Shown here one piece after another: positions 53,101-64,000 of a stretch of 64,000 nucleotides of DNA. A program made the position numbers and the translations under genes. The stretch covers positions 21,811,175 through 21,875,174 of the forward strand of contig NC_092677.1 of NCBI RefSeq assembly GCF_964355755.1. Reading direction: 5' to 3'. The notes under the pieces were generated by a model, which saw only the letters and a program-made list of their open reading frames with translations, ran no database searches and had not been told where the DNA came from. This stretch comes from Antedon mediterranea (Eukaryota > Animalia > Echinodermata). Each line of letters opens with the position of its first letter. Position 1 is the stretch's first letter.

Positions 53101-53367
53101 CGAAAAATGTTAAAAATGAAGGGAAAGTAAATAAATATGCCTATTTATCATAGTTATGTAATAAACATACATAGTGAAAAGGCTTATTTTTGCGACCATT
53201 ATCGTATAGTTTTGATGAAATTTCTTTTTTTCTAAGCCAAAAAAGTATTGTTACATACCACTACAGTTTCAACCTTTCATCGTCGGTCATTGTCAGGTGA
53301 ATGAGCTAGCCGAAGCTAGTTCGTAGCATCGGTGGGTATTTTCCGATGACATGCGCCCTCTGTGGTG

Positions 53368-54423
53368 TTAAGAGGTCTTCTCCGGGGGCCCGGGTTCTCT
53401 CTGTTGGTGTAGAAGAAGAAGGTCGTCATAGATGTGTGACAGCTCGTATGCTCCTTCGTCTCTGTTCATGGTGTGTTTCTTTCTTCTGATCCAAATGGCC
53501 TCTTTAGTACTCTGGCTGACTCCTTGTCCAAGATCTTTGTATTGTCCCAATCTGGTATATGGTTGTTGATTACCATGTGATCCGTAATAGCAGACTTATG
53601 GATCGTTGCAGATGTTGAAGCACGAGCTGCTCTGGTACGGACACCTCCTGCTGTGTTTGTGATGATGTCTGTCTTGTGTTCCAATACTCTGGTTTGAAAT
53701 GGCCTGCCTGTTTCTCCTACATATATTGCACTGCAATTACTGCATCCGACCTGGTACACCACTCCGCTTGTATCCTCTTTCCTGATTTTATCCTTTGGGT
53801 GGACCAGCATCTCCCGAATTTTGTTGAAAGGCTTGTAGTAGGCATTAATGCGATGTTTTAGCATAGTTCTTTTTATCCGTTCAGATAGGCCTTTAACATA
53901 TGGGATGCAGACGTTCCCTCTTGCTTTGGATTAGTCATCTCTCTTTTCCTTCCCTTTATTCTCCTGTTGTTTCTTTTTCCTTTGTTCTTTTACTCTTTTG
54001 ATGGACCAAACTGGGTAGTTGCATGCTTGTAGGGCTTTTTGTATGGTGTTCATTTCTGTTCTCTTGTCATTTTCGGTGGTAACAACGTTTTCACATCTCT
54101 CCATCAATGTACGGACCACACTTAATTTATGTTGTAATGGGTGATGATAGTTGAAATTAAGGTATTGATTAGTGTGATTGGCTTTTCTATAAACAGATGT
54201 AGTGATGTTGCCTTGTTTATGTACTGTGAAATGGTATAGTATTGTCTGTCATGAGTTCGTGAGTGAATTTAATGTTAGCCGAGGTCTATGTTGTTGATGT
54301 GATGGTTCATAGCATTAACGGTGCCTTTGGGGATGATTGCCAGGATGTCGTCGACATATCTTCTCCAGAAGCGAGGCTTGTTGTCAGGTGTGGCACTTGA
54401 GATAGCTTTCTCCTCCACCCATT
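53368..54423 (-). pseudogene. Penelope ORF, 3' part (RT YVDD, thumb, GIY-YIG endonuclease)
   Basis: Resumes after the TSD as MEWVEEKAISS...FWRRYVDDILAI; GVVYQVGCSNCSAIYVGETGR; KEAIWIRR...MNRDEG. Confidence 0.9.
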
Positions 54424-54428
54424 CCATG

Positions 54429-54954
54429 TGTTGTGGAATCGGTGAGAAATAATGAGGTGAACACGTTGTTGCAATATGTTGTCTTTATTAGATTTATTAT
54501 TCAACAACTGTGTTGGGTTGTCTATAAGAACAAACAAAATACACTAAGTAGATAGTTCTGTAGTCAACAAATACTTCGAAACATATGATAATAAAGAATA
54601 GTACGACTACCCCCTCTATAGTAATAGAAAGACGTAGACACTCGTACGCCGACTCGACTTAAACGAAGTGATAACGTCAAGCGAGGCCTAGATATATGAA
54701 CTTTAACAACAATAAAATATATAATATTTAAAGGTGTACACAACTCAAAGACTGCCCCTGCAGACTCCTGGCTAAACATATTAATAAACGATTATAATTA
54801 AAACTCACCCAAAGGGTTTCAAATAACAAATAAAGATGATTACACTGCATGAATATCTCACACGATACCAAATTGTATATGATTTCGTTCAGCCTGCGTA
54901 TTGTACGCGCACTGCCACGCAACTCACAAATTGAAAACAAATGACGTCATGACA
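54429..54954 (-). repeat. 3' LTR of BEL/Pao element (526 bp)
   Basis: Direct repeat of 60099-60590; preceded on the minus strand by GGGGGCTGGGA (PPT); contains two AATAAA on the sense strand. Confidence 0.95.
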
Positions 54955-55097
54955 TCCCAGCCCCCTAAAAAGTGACGGATGGTCACAACTAGTAACAAAG
55001 TCTACAACTTTAAATGTAACAATGAAAAGTTCATAAATGTCAATTACACTTTAAATCATCAATCACAGTGGTCGAACATCATCTGATCCACATATCA

Positions 55098-58000
55098 CTA
55101 CATGTCTGAACGTTCGGTGCTCTTCATTAGCATGATCAACTTAGTAACCGGTTTCTTAGCATTGATACCATCTGCAAATCTTATGTCAACAATCCTAACA
55201 AGGTCATCTTTCCCTGGATAAACTTTACTGACTTCTGGCATTTTCCAACTACCACGTTTCTTCTTCTCACCAATGACAAGCACTATGTCACCTTCCATTA
55301 CATTCTCCATTGATTTCTGCCATTTAAGTCTTGGTGAGAGCTTATGGATACACTCCATCCATCGGTGCCAGAAACCATTCACCATAGAGTTACAAATTTC
55401 TCTCCGTTTTCTCAAATTTCCATGGAATTCTTCACACGGTACTTCCGGACACTGTAAATCACCTCTTCCGATCAGGAAATGATTAGGAGTCAACGGCGGA
55501 TGATCCATAGGCGATGATGACTTGGCCGTCCAAGGTCGACTATTGATAAGACCAGATATCTGACAGAACACCGTCTCCCATTCAACAAATGTTAGTCTGT
55601 CAGCTTTCACCAAATGTCTCATGCCTTTCTTCACCTCTTGAACCATGCGCTCAACAGCTCTTTGGTGATGAGGTCCACCTGGTGGTCCAAATCTCCACTG
55701 CACATTATAACGTTGGCATTGTTCTCGTATCTTCGTCTGGTCTAGTCTCAAATTCAACTCATTTATTGTATTGTCAGCCCCTCTGAAACATGTGCCATTG
55801 TCACTCACCAACAAAGATGGTGCTCCTCTGATGCTTACAAATCGTTCCATTGCTTGTAGGAACGCTTGGGTAGTAAGATCTTGGACACAGGTTAAGTGTA
55901 CAGCTCTAGTTACGGCACACGTAAAAACTGCACAATATCCTTTTGTGGTGGTATTTTTGTTCAGTTTAACGTTAACTGGGCCCAGATAGTCTACGAGTGT
56001 GGAACTAAATGGCGGTGAGCATGGTTTCACTCGGAAGTCTGGTAGGTCAGCCATCTTCTGCTCTATTGGCTTCCCTTTGTGTCTCCTACAAATAGTACAT
56101 TGTCGTACAACTGTTTTTGAGATGTTGGTATCCCCAATAATCCAAAACTTCTTTCTGACCTCTGATGCGGTTCTCAGGTGGCTCCCATGTAAAGAGTGTC
56201 TGTGTCTATCCCGAACAATCAGTAAACTGATATGGCTTCCCTTCGGTAGTAGGTAAGGGTGTCTTATGTCATACGACAGTGGTGCATTCTTAATCCGTCC
56301 ACCAACACGGTACACTCCTTCTTTCTCATCGAAGACTGGATCTAGCTTCATGATGTTGTGATCATTGAAATTTATCTCAGCTTGTCCCTGTCGGATCCAA
56401 AGCAACTCAGCTTCCTTCAATGCATGCGGTGAAGGCCACTCAGAAATTTGTGAAGTTAACTTCTTTAACCATTGGTTCTTTGGTAACTGCTTTAAGGACA
56501 CAACTCTTGCTGTGACCATCTTAAGTTTTGGCCAACTAGAAAACTTGGTGGGATCAAGTATTCTTTCAAATTCAGGGATAGCCTTTATTTTGAGTGTTAG
56601 TGTCTTAGCATTACGGACATGGAATTTCTTTTGTTCTCCATCTTCAGGAGCTACTTGAACATTTGTCGGAGTTTTAGGCCAAGAGATTGGTGGTGATCGT
56701 AGGAATCCTGGTCCATCGATGACTTGCTTCATATCGTCAATGTTTCCTCCTCTTGAAACAATATCTATAGTGTTCTGGTCTGATGGTACAAAGGCAATAT
56801 CTTTGATCGGGTCAAATTCAGAAGTGATCTCACCTACACGGTATGCAACATACGATCGGAAAGATTTAGATTGACCTCTCAGCCAACTGATGGCAGTCAC
56901 ACTGTCTGTCCAAATCTTTGAATAAACTATGTCAAACCTCAAAGCATTCTTTACAGTGAGCATCAGCCTTGAAAGCAGCAGAATTGCTTGAAGTTCTTTC
57001 CTGGGGATGCTTGATTGTTTAAGTGGTGTGAGTCTGGCTCGGGCGCACACAAACGACAAATAAGCTTCAGTTGACTCTTCATGTGACCACCTTAGCCAAA
57101 CTCCGATACCCATAGCATCTTCTGAAGCATCACTTGCACCATGCAGAGATACTTTTGGTAATGGTCTTTTTCCTCTAAATGGCTCTGGAATAAGACATCT
57201 TGGAATTTCTATGTCACTTGCTTTTTCAAGGTCTTTATTGATTTCACTGAGAATAGCACAAAGTTCACCTCTCTGGTTAAGTGGTGTATCCCAATCAATT
57301 TTTAGTTGTCACAGTTTTTGTAACAGTGTTTTCGGTCGGACAAGGATACCGGAAAGCATACCGAATACGTCATAGTAAGAAGCGGTTTGTTTCAGAATGC
57401 TACGTTTAGTTGGGATTATACCTTGAATTAGTTTTACCTCTTTGACCTTTAGAGTGTCGCTCACAAGGTCCCACTTTGTTCCCAAAGCTGTTGCAGCAGT
57501 GGCGTCTTCTGATTCATCACACATATTCCTAACGTTGGATTGCCATTTCCTGATATTGAAGTTTCCTTTCTTCAGAGTCTCAATGAGTTTAGACTTTAAG
57601 TTGTCAGCCTCATTAGCATCAGTAACTGATTCATTCAAATCATCCATGTAAAACTGGTCAGTAACAATTCTTTCTAATTGTTTATCACCGGGTGCATGCT
57701 CGGATACTATATGCCTCAAAGTCACAATAGCCGCAGTTGGTGATGGCTTGTCACCAAATGTAACAGTCGTCAACTCATACACTTGAATTGGATGGTTAGG
57801 ATTCTCTCTGAACACAAATCGATGAAAGCGGGCATCATCAGAACTGATTTTAATAGCCTGGAACATCTTACTAATGTCGGCAATTATACCAACTTCGTTT
57901 TCTCGGAATCGTAGGGCAACATCAAAAAGATCTGTATTAACATTTTCTCCTTTATATAAATAATCATTTAGAGAATGGCCTTGAAATCTTGCCTTCCCAT

Positions 58001-60071
58001 CATATACCACTCTCACAGGTGTTGTTTTAGATTCTTTGGTTACGGCAAAGTGTGGTAAAAACCACATCTTCCTTCCAGCCTCTCTATCTCTTTGTAGCTC
58101 TGCTTCTGTCACTCGACGAGAGACACCTCTTTTCAGTTGATCTCTCATTTGTTCGCAATACACTTCCCATTCTATGCTTCTATTCTCAAATTGCTTTTCT
58201 AGGCTCTTCAGTCTCTTCACAGCATACCCATAGTTATCTGGAAGGTCATTTGGTGCCCTTTTCCAAGGCAATCTAATTTCATAAGTTCCATTTGGCAGTT
58301 GTTTCACACTCTGATCAATTGCTTCCGTTGCCTTGCGGTTTGTAAGATGTTCAGAGCATTTGCACTTCTTTGGTTCTAAACCCATTGTCTCAATGCCAAG
58401 AAAATCTTCCATTGGTCCAACTGCAGACACATTAACATAGTTGAAGAGTGCTGATGTGGTGAGTTGCCCTCCTTGGATAAACCATCCAAAAGGACATTTC
58501 ACGGCTACAGGTTCATTGATACATTCACCTCGGAGGTACTCTTCCCAAATCATTAAGTGTGTGTTATCGACACCAAGCAGTACAACAATAGTTGGGTATG
58601 GAGCAACTTGTAAATCAATTTCATTTAGATGACTGTATTGTTTAAGCTGTTCTTTGTATACTATAGGAGCATCTCTGCAGGGTTCGTCTATTTCTGTGAC
58701 GGTGAGTGGACAAGAACATGTACCATTTACATCTTCAATGTAGCAATTCAGCAATCGTAGTTTCTTAGTAATTTTCTTACCACCAACCAGACTCAGATCG
58801 TGTTTTTGATAAACATCTTGATTAGTAAGTGGAATGAGTCCCGATCTCAGAAGTGTCGCTTGGCTTCCACCATCCAATCAGATACGCACTAGACGGCGGG
58901 TTTTGCCACATCTCAGGTACCCCATAACAGTAGGTAAAGTCACTTGTAATTTACTTTCTCCATTGTGGGTGACCATGCCTGCCTGCTTAACAACTGTGGT
59001 TGGATCCGCTGGTTGAAATGGTTGAGCATTGCAATTAAGATTGGGTTGATCCTTTCTTTCATACAAGACAGGACAAACAGCCGGAAAGTGAAGGTTACTT
59101 CCACAAGATGGAGTTCCACAAGGTGCGGCAAATTGACAGGAATTCTTATCATATGGAGGTTTACCAGCAGAGCAATTGTTGTAACCACATCTAAAACAGA
59201 TTCTGTTCTTTTTCATCACTTCATATTTCTCCTTTTGAGACAAACTTCGAAACTTGTTACAACTCTTTAAGAAATGAGTATTCGCAGTTGGATGCAGTGC
59301 ACACTTGGGATTTCTATTGTAGTCTGACTTGTATCCTTCTCCATTGTGGGTGACCATGCCTGCCTGCTTAACAACTGTGGTTGGATCCGCTGGTTGAAAT
59401 GGTTGAGCATTGCAATTAAGATTGGGTTGATCCTTTCTTTCATACAAGACAGGACAAACAGCCGGAAAGTGAAGGTTACTTCCACAAGATGGAGTTCCAC
59501 AAGGTGCGGCAAATTGACAGGAATTCTTATCATATGGAGGTTTACCAGCAGAGCAATTGTTGTAACCACATCTAAAACAGATTCTGTTCTTTTTCATCAC
59601 TTCATATTTCTCCTTTTGAGACAAACTTCGAAACTTGTTACAACTCTTTAAGAAATGAGTATTCGCAGTTGGATGCAGTGCACACTTGGGATTTCTATTG
59701 TAGTCTGACTTGTATCCTTCTGCAGATGACACTACAGCAGCATTTGAAGCCTTCTTTGACGATGAAGATGATTCAGTTTCAGTCATGGGCATAGCTTTCT
59801 CAAGTAACAATAATTGGCTGTACAGCCATTTAACCAAGCCAGTGAGAGAATGACCTGTGTCGTTGTCCCTAACGCTTTTATAGTAAGCTATTCTGTGTTC
59901 TTCTGGTAACTTCTGTTTTATTTGGCTCAGCATGATTTTGCTGTTCAATTCTCCAGATAAACCAATGGTTTCCGCTCTGGTTTCAAACGTTTGAAGGGTT
60001 TGGACAAAACGACTCATGGCTGGAATGTTGATCTTCCGTCTGGTAAGCTTCAGTTTGTTTAAGTCTGCCAT
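55098..60071 (-). pseudogene. BEL/Pao gag-pol polyprotein, one frame broken by two TGA codons
   Basis: ATG at 60071 (MADLNKL); Cys/His knuckles; protease LDGGSQ; RT ADISKMF, FGDKPSP, FYMDD; RNase H LHGASDASEDA; integrase HHCC, DYLGP, SDNG, ERMV. In-frame TGA at 58878-58880 and 57309-57311. Confidence 0.93.
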
Positions 60072-60098
60072 TGTAATTATTTCACTAGTTGTTGAAGC

Positions 60099-60590
60099 TG
60101 TTGTGGAATCGGTGAGAAATAATGAGGTGACAACCCAACACAACTGTGTTGGGTTGTCTATAAGAACAAACAAAATACACTAAGTAGATAGTTCTGTAGT
60201 CAACAAATACTTCGAAACATATGATAATAAAGAATAGTACGACTACCCCCTCTATAGTAATAGAAAGACGTAGACACTCGTACGCCGACTCGACTTAAAC
60301 GAAGTGATAACGTCAAGCGAGGCCTAGATATATGAACTTTAACAACAATAAAATATATAATATTTAAAGGTGTACACAACTCAAAGACTGCCCCTGCAGA
60401 CTCCTGGCTAAACATATTAATAAACGATTATAATTAAAACTCACCCAAAGGGTTTCAAATAACAAATAAAGATGATTACACTGCATGAATATCTCACACG
60501 ATACCAAATTGTATATGATTTCGTTCAGCCTGCGTATTGTACGCGCACTGGCACGCAACTCACAAATTGAAAACAAATGACGTCATGACA
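60099..60590 (-). repeat. 5' LTR of BEL/Pao element (492 bp)
   Basis: Matches the 3' LTR except one substitution seen (actgcc/actggc) and a 44-to-10 nt replacement at 60131-60140. Confidence 0.95.
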
Positions 60591-60595
60591 CCATG

Positions 60596-62016
60596 TATAT
60601 ATTAGCGACCAGAGGTGACACAGGACTGCCCATAGCGATACCAAATTTCTGTCTGAAGTTGATATTGTTAAAAGAAAAGTATGTGGTGGTTAGGACAAAT
60701 TCTAATAACTCTATGATGTTGTCAACGTTCACGTTTGTTCTTTCTTTTAGACCTCCACCCACAGACAATCTTTTTCTTATAATTGTCAGTGCCTCCTTCA
60801 CAGGTGAAGGTGAATAATGATGTAACATCAAAAGAAACAAATGTTTCGTTTGGGTCCAGCTGAATATCTTTTAATGTTATTAACCAATTGCTTGGAGTTT
60901 TCTACATGGTGTTCTGTATTTCCCACCATGGGTATTAGTAGATCTGCCAAGCCACGGGACAGGTTATAGCAAATAGACCCTGTGTAGTCTATGATCGGAC
61001 GCAGGGGCCAATTAGGCTTGTATCTTGGGAGTACAGTACAATCTGGGGGTAACCTCCGCTGTGGGGAATAATAGATTTTTCTGGGTACGGTAGGTGTGAT
61101 CTTATCCTCCTTTTTTAGTGCGTTGAGTTTTGCTGTTAATTTTCTCTTGTGTGTGAGTGTTGGGTTATTTTTGAGTTTTTCGTATGTCTGTTCATCTGAA
61201 AGCATGGTGTTGACCTTTTCTAGGTATTCTGTGGTGTTGATTACAACCGTCGCTCGACCTTTGTCAGCCGGCAGGATCATGATGGTTTTGTCCCTTTTTT
61301 AGGTTGTCTAATGCCCTTCTTTCCTTAGCGGTAATGTTGGATGGATGTAGTTTTTTGGACCTTACAATGTTAGTGATTTTCGCTCTTAACAAATCACCTT
61401 CTGCTTTAGGGACTAATTTACAAGCCATATCTGTAGCGACTACGATGTCTTCAATGGGCTTGTTTTTATTGTCAGCTACTGCGAAATTGAGGCCCTTTGC
61501 TAGCACAGTGGTTTCATATTTACTTAACGATTTATTAGATAAGTTTACGACCCACTTTTTTAGTTGCTGTCCACTTAAATTAACACTCTTCTCACTATCT
61601 GTTCTTTTCAACTTATCTAGCCATACCTTCAGTTTTTGTTGATGACGTGTACGTGTTCGTATGTATTCTCCTTCCTGTGATCGTAGTAAATGATCGTGTA
61701 TAATCTTCCTATCCTCATCCTCTTCTCTAGCGTTTTCGATCTGACGTGTAGTTTCCCCCTTCAGCCTAGCAATATTATTTGAGGTGAGGTTGATTGTCTC
61801 ATTCAGCGCTTTTGTCAACTATCTCTCTGGCCCGATTTGATTTTATAGGGCATTTTATCATATGCGAGGACTTGGTGGTATGATATCTTCTTGTTTACAT
61901 CTTAATGTGAAAAAAAGATGGTTCCTTTCGCGCGAAACCTTCCTCCCCAACTTTTCTTCTTGGCGCACGGTTTTGACACATTCTTGTCCGTATTTCGTTC
62001 GCAAATGTTCAAATAA
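60596..62016 (-). pseudogene. Penelope ORF, 5' part (N-terminus to RT motif B')
   Basis: LFEHLRTKYGQ...NHLFFTLRC, LAKGLNFAV, ILPADKGRATVV, PLRPII, QKFGIAMGSPVSPLVANIYM spread over several frames. Confidence 0.9.
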
Positions 62017-62392
62017 CTGACGATGGTCGACGATGAAAGGTTGAAACTGTAGTTGTATGTAACAATACTTTTTTGGCATAGAAAAAAAGAAATTTCATTA
62101 AAAATAATCATACGAAGCCAATTATTTGAACATTCATTATCATATATTTATATTACTTTATGTTTTAAGAAAAAATCGTGTAAAATCGGGTACAAAAGTC
62201 GGGGAAATCAGTCCTTGGTCCATGTATCCATGCAGTGAGTACCATTTTAGGAATTTTCTTTTCTCATGAAATATGATGAGAGGACATTGAAAAGAGAAGA
62301 AACAAAAGTGTAAAATAATATCCAACTAATTTATTTTCAAACCGTTTTCTCAAAAAGAAATTCTATATTTTGGGAATTTTGCCTTAAATCTT

Positions 62393-63227
62393 TCAACCAC
62401 GCTCGTCAAGTTTGCTTCCTTGGTCACGATGTATTCCAAGTGTCATGAGGCTGTCCAAACGAGCATTTGTCATTGTTGAACGTAAATCATTTTTTATTAG
62501 TCTCATTGAACTAAAATTGTGTTCGCCTTCGGCTAATGAAACAGGCAAAGCGCACGCCAGTAAACTGATACGCTCCAACTCAAAAAAAGCTTCCATCAAA
62601 TCTTCTAGATATGTGTGTAGCTGGAGAAGAGATCGATGTCGCTGTTCTGTTGATTTACGTCCCAATAGATGTTTGAACGTAACTAATTCACTTTTAACAA
62701 CATCGGTATCTGCTCTAAAAAGCTGAGCAAATTCCATAAGTTGGTTGGTTCAAGAAACGTATTAGATGTTGGACACAACGATGAGATGTTTTTTTTCACT
62801 GAACCTTCTGTTAAGTTCACTATCTATTAATTTATCAATGACTTCGAATACATTGTGGACGAAAACATTGAATCCATCAGTAGCACTCCGTTCAATATTA
62901 CTTTCAACATAGTATGCACGCAGAGCAGTCGGTGGTGCAATTGTTTCTGCAGAGTCCCAGAATTCCTGACACCTTTCTCTTATCCGACAGTTATTTATTT
63001 CATCTTTTAGGTGTACCAATGAGGTCAACAGCGTGTGTCAAGTCATTTGATGGTGTTTGAAGAACATCAGATGCAAACTTAGCTTTCGATAAAACATGCC
63101 TTAGTACAGACAGGTATCGTAGGAACCGACGATCTCTCTGTAGCAAATAACCAGTTACTTTAGTAATACAACTGGAATTACTGTCATTATCAATAACATC
63201 ATTAAGAACCTCGATTACTATTTCCAC
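62393..63227 (-). pseudogene. hAT transposase C-terminal remnant (ZMYM1-like, dimerisation domain)
   Basis: Three successive frames; SELNRRFSE and LPVSLAEGEHNFSSMRLIKNDLRSTMTNARLDSLMTLGIHRD match the hAT C-terminal consensus (LPVSxAxxERSFSxMxxIKxxLRS). Confidence 0.88.
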
Positions 63228-64000
63228 ATGAGGAAACTTTCCCTCTTACCAAATTTCCAACTTTTGAACCAGGTTTTGCCTATAAGTTGTGTACTTGATA
63301 GTGACAGCCTTAATGACTTTACTCAGCATGTGACCCCATTAAGTGCTAAATGGATTAAAGCATGTAACTATGGCTATGTTCAGACCTATGGTGTTAGACG
63401 GTTTTAGCGTACAACGTTACTAGCAAGGTCACATTACAAACCGCAGAGAAAAAAAAACGGAAGTGCGTCATTCAGGTTGTTTCTAGTTGCATAGTCATGT
63501 ACTCTTACCCACTTGTTTTCATCATTATTTCCACTGTATATAGGCCTAGGCCTAGATCTTAGCCCTACAATTATGACTTTTGTCGTAAATAGAACATACA
63601 GTACCTCAGCATTTATTTTACAAAAATATAGTAAAAAACATTTTCCCCAGGTCTCGTGTTGTTAAGAAAATAAAGCAGGCCTCCTAAATGAAGATGGAGA
63701 CTGTGTTAACCACATGGTGGAAAAAAATTAGTGTGATTAGTCCAGTCCAGTTAGTTTGGTTGAAAATAACCCTTAACTTGCTAATAAAAAAGACACAGCT
63801 TCCCTCTTGTTTGTTTACTGAATTTTTTAGGAGTTAGGGGGTTTTTAGCTTGTCCAGTCTAGTCTGCCTTGTTGTATATTATATATGAATGAGTGACTTG
63901 ATGTTCCACGCTAGTTTTTAGCTTGAATGAAATGCGTGAATGGCTCTTAGCTAGGCCTAAAAGGAGACGGGATTGTAGACACTATGTTTAAATACAAGGT

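Larger units (their letters stand above)
54429..60590 (-). mobile_element. BEL/Pao LTR retrotransposon with both LTRs, defective ORF
   Basis: TG..CA LTRs at 54429-54954 and 60099-60590; 5-bp TSD CCATG at 54424-54428 and 60591-60595; PPT at 54955-54965; domain order gag-PR-RT-RH-IN with Pao-type motifs. Confidence 0.96.
53209..62134 (-). mobile_element. Penelope-like element (GIY-YIG, Poseidon-like), split by the BEL/Pao insertion
   Basis: Frameshifted RT and GIY-YIG ORF; about 90-bp pLTR at 53209-53296 repeated in inverted orientation at 62017-62104; candidate TSD CATTATCRTATA at 53197-53208 and 62135-62146. Confidence 0.88.

Noticed and set aside
54564-54940. Duplicated 70-71 aa ORFs (also at 60200-60576)
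   Set aside because: Chance ORFs inside the two LTRs.
57309-58880. Selenocysteine or alternative-code reading of the two UGA codons
   Set aside because: Positions correspond to Trp and a hydrophobic residue rather than Cys; DGAT1 in the same window uses TGA as stop; no SECIS was recognised.
60072-60173. N-terminal extension of the gag ORF starting inside the 5' LTR
   Set aside because: TTG start; the frame exists only because of the LTR lesion. The ATG at 60071 is the plausible start.
43229-64000. Further FHOD exons
   Set aside because: No exon encoding the expected EKLYNSxGRxLRRALFSLK segment was recognised by eye; very short or divergent exons cannot be excluded.

Overview
AT-rich, intron- and repeat-rich animal genomic DNA; a marine invertebrate is likely but this is inference. 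Two host genes lie on the + strand. The first is a complete spliced DGAT1 (diacylglycerol O-acyltransferase 1): 16 coding exons from 10236 to 26435, plus a possible upstream 9-nt coding piece at 10160-10168. The second is the first three coding exons of an FHOD1/3-type formin (36538-43228), whose third intron appears to run to the window end. The rest is a dense, often nested set of mobile elements. These include non-autonomous DNA transposons (hAT-, Harbinger-, Kolobok-, pogo/Tigger-, EnSpm- and foldback-like), Helentron/HINE-like elements, LINE 3' fragments (one with a 343-bp inverted duplication), and a 367-bp tandem array carrying a tRNA-like gene inside (TA)n. There is also a probable three-level nest: a hAT remnant interrupted by a Penelope-like element, itself split by a young BEL/Pao LTR retrotransposon. 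The most notable signal is in the BEL/Pao element. It has no tRNA primer-binding site; instead the 10 nt at the PBS position are exactly complementary to a 10-mer in its own LTR, the signature of Tf1-type self-priming. All coordinates were read by eye, and superfamily labels for non-coding elements rest on terminal signatures only.
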